Source: Lophium mytilinum | Lineage: Eukaryota | NCBI GenBank assembly: GCA_010093605.1 | Contig: MU004185.1 | Span: 2,067,334-2,131,333 of the forward strand | Length of the DNA: 64,000 nt | Direction: 5' to 3' | Shown here: positions 1 through 9,287 of the stretch, piece after piece | Numbering within the stretch: the stretch's first letter is position 1 | Layout of the letters: each line of letters begins with the position of its first letter | Program-made: the position numbers and the translations under genes | Notes under the pieces: model-generated | Database searches by the model: none | Told to the model about the DNA's origin: nothing | What the model saw: the letters and a program-made list of their open reading frames with translations, nothing else

Positions 1-94
1 TCGCGGCGAGGTCCAACGTCCTCTGCACGCTCGCCCACGACCTCTTCATTGCAACCCGAAGTCATCTCGTCCGCCACCTGAAGACTTCGCAATC

Positions 95-893
95 ATGGCT
101 GACGAATACGTATGTACCCTCGCGAGTGGTCTCTTGCCCGCACTGAAATGCTGACCCTGATTTCTTAGAACGCCGAGGAGGCTGCCGGTATGCCACCCCA
201 TTCCACTCCCTTCGCGAACAGACCTTTCCCACATGATGCGCGCACTCGAGGAGGAGATGAGGAGTGAAATGGAGAAACAATTGCACTGGAATATTGCTTG
301 GGTGGTGGCTGACTCGACTTTCCCACAGAGCTCAAGAAGAAGAGAGCGTTCCGCAAGTTCTCCTACCGCGGTGTGGACCTCGACCAGTACGTTCTGCCAA
401 CCCCAGGATCACTAGCATTGGAACTTGGCAACCAGAAAAATGGAGGGTGCTAACGGAAAACTGCCAGGCTGCTCGACCTCTCCTCCGAGGAGCTCCGCGA
501 TCTCGTCCATGCCCGCGCCCGTCGTCGATTCAACCGTGGTCTGAAGCGAAAGCCCATGGGTCTCATCAAGAAGCTACGAAAGGCCAAGCAAGAGGCCAAG
601 CCGAACGAGAAGCCCGACCTCGTCAAGACCCATCTCCGTGACATGATCGTCGTACCCGAGATGATTGGTAGCGTCATCGGTATCTACTCCGGCAAAGAGT
701 TCAACCAGGTCGAAATCAAGCCGGAGATGGTTGGACACTACCTAGGAGAGTTCTCGATTTCATAGTACGTATTTTCAAGCACTTTTGAGATGGATCTTTG
801 GAAGATATTCTAACAATTTACAGCAAGCCTGTCAAGCACGGAAGGCCGGGTATCGGTGCCACCCACTCTTCCCGTTTCATTCCTCTTAAGTAA
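95..893 (+). CDS. RPS15: 40S ribosomal protein S15 (uS19), 5 exons
   Basis: Spliced [58 protein letters not shown]...[27 protein letters not shown]...[33 protein letters not shown] introns at 110-168, 188-328, 387-467 and 765-823. Confidence 0.97.
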
Positions 894-1517
894 TTGCTTT
901 GGGTACCCGGTTTGCATGGCTGCTTGAGGGAAAATGGACTGTACTTGATGAGATCATAACGAATCAATCGAGTGCGCTGAACGAATCGATTCTGGTGTCT
1001 CTTGGTGACCAAGTAACACATTCAAATGACCATCCTGGTCATAAAATGAGCCTTTTTGATTTGGACTTTCCCTCTCCAAAATTCCCTTCACAATAATATC
1101 CAATGCCTTGCCGTAGATGGACACGGATTTTATTGCTAGTGCTTGTGGGGCTTCGACGTGTGCTTCCAAGTCTGTACAAAACCAAAGTCTATCGGGTTTG
1201 AAATTCTTTCAACTAACCAGGCCGCCGCATAGCAGTATATCCTTAGTATCGATCACTTCCATAATACTCATGAGTTTCGAAACTACATCGAAGCACTGTG
1301 AGCATGACAAGAAAGGGTACAAAACTTAACACAGCTCTCTAACTTGGACTTCCCTGGAACCAACCTCACTTCTACTCTCGAGGCCTCATCATTTATAGTA
1401 GGACTGCAGCATGTCACCCACACCTTTTCATATTCTTCTCGCAGGCCATCTGATGCCCTCTCACTTGCACCTGCCTTCCTCTTTCTTCAACCTCATCTCG
1501 CTCCAGTTCTCCTTCCC

Positions 1518-1601
1518 TGACTTTCTTAAACGGGACTTTCTTAAACTGGACTTTCTTAGACTGGACTTTCTTAAACTGGAATTTCTGAAACTGGTTAAAC
1601 T
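1518..1601. repeat. 15-bp tandem repeat (GGACTTTCTTAAACT), ~5 copies
   Basis: ctgactttcttaaacgggactttcttaaactggactttcttagactggactttcttaaactggaatttctgaaactgg read directly from the sequence. Confidence 0.85.
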
Positions 1602-1852
1602 CACCGCTTCGACATACACTACAAAGGGTACCTCCGAACAAGTCCAGAGCAGCTCCAAGCTCATCGATAGCACATTCTTACGATACACCTCTGCATCTGG
1701 AAACAGTAAAGGGAGTCATCTCATTACAGTACGCAAATCAAAGTAGTCTAATCAGAGCTGCAACTTCTAGCGCTAAGATTGACTGATTTCTGGAAGAACT
1801 TCAATTTATATCGTTAATGCTAATCAATGCCGTGCAGCTTGCAAGAAAGACA

Positions 1853-2587
1853 ATGGCAAACAGCATCGACGACCACGACGACGATAAGATAGACCATGAG
1901 GTTGTTGACTCGTATGTCTTCCTTTGAACTGCTTCATCACTCTGGAGCTGAGCTCACCTAGCATATAGGCCCTCATCCCCTCCTGCACCCGCGCTTCCTC
2001 CTGCGCCCGCACTCCCTCCTGCGCCCGCACTCCCTCCTGCGCCCGCACTCCCTCCTGCGCCCGCACTCCCTCCTGCGCCCGCGCTAGTGCCCACTCCCGC
2101 TCAACTTAGCGTGGCAGCTTGGGAGGCTGCTATGCTAGCAGACCAACCTCGTCTGCCCTGGGCCGGGGGTTCAGCAAAAGTCTCAGCCGATTACACCTCG
2201 GTTGTCCATGGCAAATGGTGGTCGTCGGAGAATCTTCCAGCCCGCACTGTCAAGAAGAGTAGGAATAATGCCTCTCATATTGGACGGATTATGGAGACGG
2301 AGCTAGGTGAACAGCTCCTTGGGGATTCCAAGTGCTCGGCTTGCGTCCAGAGACAGAAGGAATGTTGGGCCTATACTACAGAGGGTGCTAAGCAGATAAG
2401 TAATCCAGGGGGCGCATGCGCTCGTTGTAGAGTTAGGGCGCCCCGTGGCGGATGTAGCATCGCCAAACACAACCGGTCGCGCAGAAAACCAGTGCCCAGA
2501 AAGCCATCACCAGCTCCGGCGCCACGGGATCTATTACCCAAGGGCCCACCGCCGCCTCCTCCTGGAGCTACGGGGTTGACGGCTTAG
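1853..2587 (+). CDS. Hypothetical protein with a PPAPAL repeat and an atypical six-Cys (Zn2Cys6-like) cluster
   Basis: ATG at 1853; intron 1912-1968 (GTATGT...TAG) joins in frame to ORF 2087-2587. Contains CSACVQRQKEC-x16-CARCRVRAPRGGC followed by basic HNRSRRK. Confidence 0.65.
1976..2086 (+). repeat. 18-bp coding tandem repeat CCTCCTGCGCCCGCACTC (~6 copies; PPAPAL)
   Basis: Directly visible; in frame with the 1853-2587 gene. Confidence 0.9.
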
Positions 2588-3057
2588 AGGCTTTGGGACA
2601 CGCGGAGTGGTAATTGAATGTCAATAGGGAGTGGCAGTCTATAGGTCCATCAGGCAAACACACTATGTATGTCTCCAAAACCACTTCAAAGCGCTGTATG
2701 CAGTGAACATGTCTGCACAAGCTTATCGTGGGACGAGATAACCTTAATTATGAAAATGACCTCACTTCAATTCTCGAAACCCCAACACATCAAGGACGGT
2801 AGCCTTTGAGCTTAACTTCCCATGTTTCTATCCCAGAAAAGCTCATAGGCTCTCACCTCTGACTGACTTCAAATCTCTTCAACTTCACCTCACCTCGGAT
2901 CTACTTTCTCCACACTCTCAACGACGTCAACATCACGGCTTCGAACATACCACAGACAACACTATCAGAATACCTCAGACGCGGGTTCGAGTTCTGCAAT
3001 CGCAGTATCGCATAGGATACCAAATCGACTCAATGCAGTGAAGGCGCTCAATCTATC

Positions 3058-4295
3058 ATGGTATGCGAGCCTAGCAGTCTCACAGTTTAAGACTTTGCTG
3101 ACCACTTATTTCTAGGCTCCAACAATCGGCGAGACTCACCAGAACACCTTCCCTCGATTCGATGATGGAGACGTGGAATTAAGACTCTCAAGATTGCCAT
3201 CACACGTCTACGTCTTACACAGCGTTGTGCTAGCTCTGCACTCCCCGTTCTTCAAGGCAAGCTTGAGTGAGCGGTGGGCGAATAATGGCGACACTGCCGT
3301 GATAGCGCCCGGTAGCAAGATTGCTTGGAAGTACCAGTTAAAGTTTAGCGATGACGACTCGGCCATTCTGACAAGAGACGTAAGTAACAGAATGCCCCTA
3401 TTAAGACCAACTACTTATTCTGTTTGGATTTTAGACTGGTTCCACCTCTGAAGAGACTAGGTCAGCACTGTGAAGTGGGGGACCAGTAAGCCTTTCTTCG
3501 GGAACACGCAAAGATTCCAATCATCGAAAGCAAGAGATCTTTACAGCCCATACGACTCTTTTGAGGCTTTTCTACAATCTTGGCCTGAGCCAACAGCCCA
3601 CGCCATGGGTAGATAAATCCGATCGAGATGCATTCGAAACGTTGGCGGAAACTGCAGATATGTATGGCTGCTCTAAAATTGCCATCACAGCAATGGATCA
3701 TTGTCTCCGCAAGGCCCTCCCGCAGGTGTTGCTCGCCTGCCAATTGGAACCAGGCTCGATGCTTCGTCTCGCACACAGTCTCCACTGCGAATGGATTTTC
3801 AAAGAAGCTGCCGCCCATCTTGTCGGGCTTGGAAATATTGCATACGAAAGACAGCGGATCAAGATGAATGAAAAAGGCCCTCTGACCAACCTTGAGACCA
3901 TGCTCACAACGAAGTATATTTCCTTTTGCACGAAATTGAAGGACATAGACTTCGATCTTCTCAAGGCGGCCCCAATGGAAGAAGACGATATCTGGGAGGT
4001 TCTCTTGACTTCGCACTTCCGGATGTGGTTCACTAGCGAGCTTGTGGAAGGGTATGGGTCTTCTCTCGACCGTAGTAAATACGCCAGCGTGTATCGGCAG
4101 ATCGAAGAGAACGACTGGTACAAGCATGGTAGATGGAACAACTTCGTGGAATCCTTGCCTGGGTTTACCGAATACCCTTATGATCTCGATCCTCTATTGT
4201 TCACACGCCGTCTCGCTGATATACTCAAATCAATCCTTATGGTCTACTCCACTCAATATCGAACTGAGCATAGTGGCATGGTTGTCCTTTGCTAG
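3058..4295 (+). CDS. BTB/POZ-domain protein, possibly a pseudogene (in-frame TGA at 3471-3473)
   Basis: ATG|intron 3061-3115|...FDDGDVELRLSRLPSHVYVLHSVVLALHSPFFKASLSERW (BTB signature); intron 3380-3434; helical part LAETADMYGC...LAHSLHCEWIFKEAAAHLVG is typical of fungal BTB proteins. The simplest splice gives a stop at 3471. Confidence 0.7.
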
Positions 4296-7200
4296 TTTGT
4301 ACGAGTGCCACTTGGTGTTTGGACCCGCCACGGGCACCCACTTATCGGGCTTGGTGAGAAGCCTGACGCCTCCGCCTCAAGCAAGATCGTGAACATTTCT
4401 ACTTTTGCAGGCACCGTGAAAGATATACTTTCCAGTCGAAAACTTGCATCCCGCTCCATAGTCTCGATAGAAGCGGAATCGACCACACCACCAAGATATT
4501 GATCGGCCTCTTTCAGCTTGAAGCGGAACGCATTCAGATGTTTCTTTAGCACCCCAAAGAAGTGCTTGAGATCTTCCGAGCCGTTAAGAAAGCGACAGCC
4601 AATGTGACCTATCGGTTGTGTAAGTGTTTCAGCTAGCAGTTCAAGACGGAGCAACATTTACCTGTGAACAACTGGCCATCTTCTGTGGTCTGTCGCGGCT
4701 GATCCGGCTCAAAGTAAAAAGACGTTGTTATAAGCCGCCGTACAATGGTTTTAATCAATATACCTGCGTCTGCTAGATACTCGTCTGCAATCTTCGCCAG
4801 CTCGCCACTTTCAAACGCAGCTAGGTCATCCAACTCTGGAAGCTCTGTTCCGCACTGCGGACTGAGTCGAAAGTAACGGCGCTCGTTCCCAAGCTCTCTT
4901 TCGTACTCTGAAAATCGATCTTTCCAGGCGTGTTCTGAATCAAGGTTCTGTAAAAGCGTCGCCTTCAAAACATTGAGTGTTTGTAAGCCACCGAGATTGA
5001 GAAACCAGCCGGAAACCCTGCTCCATTTCGACTGCACATGCCTGCTCCATTTTGACTGCACCTGTTCTGGTTGCCTGGGCTTGGAGCTTTCGTTCACGTA
5101 GCCGCTGCCAATAGAGAGCAGGATATCAGGATGCGGACCGCTAAGCTCAGGCCAGATCTTGAACACTTCTTGACGCGCTATCCAGGCTGGATTGTTATGA
5201 CATAGACCGCCATCCCAGTAAGTCGGTGAGCCATCCTTGGCAAAGCTCCGGAAGTACATGGGAGCTGCTGATGTTGCTCGTGCAACCTCCCAGGATTCGA
5301 GCTTGAGCGTTTCATCGTACTTCATTTCATAATCGTACAACAATTTCTGAGTGCTCGTGTCTGTGACTGTTTTCAGCCTTACTAATTCGAGGATTGAACA
5401 GATTCACTGACCTTCCGTCTCAATCGCGCGGATGTAGTTCGTGAAAATAGCGGGCTGATTTCCGTCACTCTTCGTAGAAGTGACGAACACCTTGCTTCGA
5501 AGGTCCAGGGAGGTGTCATGCTGAGGTACTTGCGTCAGGAAAACCAATTTTGTCAGGATGGGCAAGTGTGAACTCACCTGTAGGCCCATAATTCTGGATT
5601 CACCTAGAACTTCCTTGAGTTTATTCTCGAAAGGAACGTTTTGGTATCGGCATCCATGAAAGGTGTAGGCCCACGCATTACCCGACCAAGCACTACCATG
5701 CGTGGTGAAGGCGGATTTACAAAGCTCTGGATACAGTTGTTCGCAATGTGCCAAAGTCCAATCCTTTGTGCCAATGCCAAGTGCAATAATACCCCCTGTA
5801 CTCGTACCGCCGATCAGATCGAAGAATCTCTGTATCGGTATGTTGCCTCCAAGCTCCTTTTGAACGGCATTGAGTAACTTGAGTTCAATGAGCCCTCTGA
5901 CGCCTCCGCCGTCCAGAGTGAGTACGCGGGCGCCTGCGAAGGCAGGCTTTAGCTGTAGCTGCGGAGCAGGCTCGAAGAATTGAATCTCGCAGTGGAGCGG
6001 GCATTGCTGCAGAGCTACAACTCGTTTGTCGTTCTCGGAAGAGAATAATTGACAATGTACTAGAGCTTTCACACAACGCTCGCATATGGCATGTCCACAG
6101 GGAAGCGACTGCAGAGGCACTTCCCGAAAACAGAAGAAACATAAAAACAACTGATGCGCAGTCTTGTCAGCAAGGCTCGGAAGTCGATGGAATAACGCCC
6201 GCAAATGGCTGTAGTGAACGTCCCAGGTTGCATCGTTCCTTTGCTTCAAAGAGTGTACTAAATGTGAGTGTTGAGAACTCGGCCAATTCAAGGGAAGCAT
6301 CGCTCTCTCGATAGACCTGTCAACGGAGTCCATAGACTTGAGGAACGCATCTTCCCATTGGGTTTGTATGACGTTTACGAACTCAGACTCAAAGTCGCCC
6401 GCTCCGATCACCGCGCCAGACTCGTCTTGATGTTGATCATAGCCATGTCCCTGGCGAGATAGAAAACACCGGCGTCCTTGGAAACGGTCATTGGCAAATT
6501 CGCACCTGCTCCAGTCGCAAATCTGTGAGATGGCTTTCTTGACTTGCTTTGCATAAGTTTCACCTTCATGCGTGTCGCTGTGAGCGTCTACTCCTCCCTG
6601 GTACACTTCGGCTAATTTTCCAGGTACTCGCCTGTCAGATCGCGCTACATTAAGAGCAATGGCTGAAGATACAGGCGGTGTTGCAAGATCCAAGAATGCT
6701 TTGGCCGCCCCGGTATTTGCATCAGCCTCCATAGCCCCATAGATGGCTTGAAAAAGCCTGTAGAAGTTATTGGAAAGATTGTTCGGCATTGGATGTAGTT
6801 TTAGCATTTTAGCCAGGAAGTTGAAAGGTTTGTCCTCATTGTTCTTGATGTTTGCGACGTAGTGATCGAACGCAAGCTGGAAAAAGTATTCCTGGTCCTG
6901 CGATGGAAGGAGCATTCTGGCATCATGCTTTTTCTGCTGAGACTCTCGAGTTCGAATTTGGATTATGTCATAAAGTGTTCGGAGCTGTTTCGAGAGTTGA
7001 GACCGGATGTGCCCATTGGGAACGAATATGACATCAAGACTCGCGTAATGCTTGAGAAAGAGATCCTCCAAGTTTTTGATCTCCATCCCGCGTGCAATGA
7101 ATGATTCTCGGAGGCTCTTGATGTTTGGATCGACTTCGATTACGTTCTTGTAGTCCTCAAAGAACATTTTCCTTGCGGATTTCGGATCCCAAATTTCGCT

Positions 7201-8411
7201 TTGGTCTGCATTGTTGATGACGACAATCAACCGAGGCAGTGTAGCACGATTCAGTGCCGACGCAGCTGACTTGAATGCCCAGTCCAAAATATCTAATATG
7301 CTGTTTCCCAAGGTCTGTTGCTCCTTCACCACGAAAACAACCACATCCGAGAAATTGTATAGCAGCCTGGGGAATAGCTTTTTGATGAAGTCCTCACGTG
7401 TTGGTTCCTTTCCTTTGTTCGCATCAGGTGACAAACGACCCAAAGTCCGTGTTCGAGTCTGGCCAAACATAAGTCGGATGATTTCCTCCAATGCCGAGCG
7501 CACTCGTCCGTTGGATCTATTTGCAGCTTCTTTAACCTGTTGGCTTTTATAAGCAAACGACCCGGCAGGATTCGCGGCTCCGCCATCGAAGCCCTCACAG
7601 TCAGCGTAGAAGGTAGGTCGGTCGAGTTCGGGCAGTTCTCTCTCAGACAAATAATCTCCATAAAGGTGGACGTCTCCGGAGGCCGGTACCAGACTATTCC
7701 TTTTCCCCACCACAGGAACTTCCTTGGCCTTGACCCCGTGCTCCGTGTCAGTCAGCCACGGCTTTTCCAGCATCGTACGTATAAGCGTGCTTTTGCCAGC
7801 CCCTGTTTTGCCAACGAACGACACAAGGCGTGGGAAGCACGTGTCTACGTCAACCCTAGCTTGGTGCTCGGCTACGAGTCGACTGAAGCGTGGGAAATCA
7901 TCGAATCCGAATCCAGAGTTCTCAAAAGCGTCTGCTGTGATGGAAAACCACAAGGACTGCAGATCCTCCTCGTGCATGAGAGCACGCTTCACTTCATCCC
8001 AGTTCGGATGCAGAATATCTTCGAAGTGAACGCTAAACATGTCAGTGGGCGCCATGTATCTCGGGGAATACTTGCATACTGCTTTGAGTAAGGAACCTTC
8101 ATGTGATTAGCACTGTCTGGATTTTTCTTTTTGTGGCCGGGTCGCTTCTTCCAGCAGCGTTCACAGTAGCTCTGGGTACAAGCACCACAATACCACTCTC
8201 CAGGTTCTTTTCTGCAATCTTGGCAAATGTCATCTGGGGTGGAGTCGGAGTCGGAGTCGGACGATTCGGGAGAAGACTGCTCATGCGCCGTCGTTTTAGA
8301 CGTGGTGGTTTGCGAGTTCGATATGGCTATTCTGGGATTTCCATCCTGGGAACTCGATTGCTCTGCCCCAGCCATCCATGGGTTATCTTCAAGGGCTGTC
8401 GAATTTTCCAT
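4292..8411 (-). CDS. Multidomain B-box / P-loop GTPase (GBP/atlastin-like) / RING-like / patatin-like phospholipase, ~1,300 aa, 5 exons
   Basis: B-box CQDC-x8-CGAC-x4-CERC-x6-H; Walker A GKTGAGKS; YADCEG; RING-like CFFC...CGHAICERC...CPLH; patatin DGGGVRG, GTSTG, RATSAAPMYF, DGG. Introns at ~8033-8079, ~5522-5578, 5361-5411 and ~4610-4661. Confidence 0.85.
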
Positions 8412-8753
8412 TGCAACAAAGATTCTCTCTAGGGGAGAGAGCGACTTGCAAAAACCGTGTTCTCAACTCGGAAGATGCTTCCAGCTTTAAACGCCGCTTG
8501 ACAGGACTATTGCTGCAAGGCGCCACAATGGCAGTCGTTCCTGATTCGCCTCGTTTTCAGCTCTGTAGCGCGCTTGTGCGATTCTGCCTTGCAGAAGCAA
8601 AGATTTTCAGCTGCATGTTGGAACATAATTGGATGTCAAAAAAGCAATAATGGCGCCTTCACCATGATCGGTGACGGTTCAGCGCCAATTACAGCTGCCA
8701 GGATTGCACTCCGCCAATACCTGTCACAACCCTGCAGATACAGTCTGTAAATA

Positions 8754-8983
8754 CAGCATGTAGACGCATCCGGTGAACTAGCGCAGATTTGAAGCCACAG
8801 ATGGAATAGGTAAGATTAGAACGGAGGAAGGCCTTTTCTGGACCAATTCTTACCAAGGCTGCTCAAATCATGGTACTGCGAGGCGTTACTTTCTGAATTA
8901 TCCTACTTTTGCGGCTGACTTTCGTGGCTTGATTTCGGCGGTAGTTCACCGGACGTGTCTACCTACCTAGATACCACATGCTG
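8754..8983. mobile_element. Degenerate MITE related to the element at 51352
   Basis: Left end TA|CAGCATGTAGACGCATCCGGTGAACTAGCG. Right end GTAGTTCACCGGACGTGTCTAC[~13-nt insertion]ACATGCTG|TG is its inverted repeat. Shares TCCGGTGAAC and AAGCCACAGA with 51352-51555. Confidence 0.65.
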
Positions 8984-9287
8984 TGCACAGCCTTGGACTT
9001 AGCTGATTCTGAACCAACGCCACTAACTTGGCATGCGTCAGGCGCAGGTTCAGGCGGACACCCTTCCGTCGAGTGCGGCGGAACCTGGAGCGTCTGGCTG
9101 CTAAAACGGAGGACTCAGCTAGCTCACAAAAAGGAATTTGACTTCTGAGTGCGTTGGATTTAGGCTTCGCTGGGAGAGACTTGGAAGCGTCTTCTCTCCT
9201 GCAGACAAGAGAAAACTCCACCCCTAACACCGCGCCAATGACCCAAACTCCTACAACCCTACGTGCCAAAACTTACACGCGGTACGT

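Noticed and set aside
188..328. Possible snoRNA in the longer RPS15 intron
   Set aside because: Only an imperfect box C (ATGATGC); the CTGA is the branch site; no terminal stem.
1411..1746. 111-aa ORF with DFLKL repeats
   Set aside because: It arises from the 15-bp repeat inside the duplicated leader cassette; the paralogous copy has no such ORF.
2981..2997. T-arm-like GCGGGTTCGAGTTCTGC
   Set aside because: No A-box, D-arm or acceptor stem nearby; it lies in the BTB gene leader.
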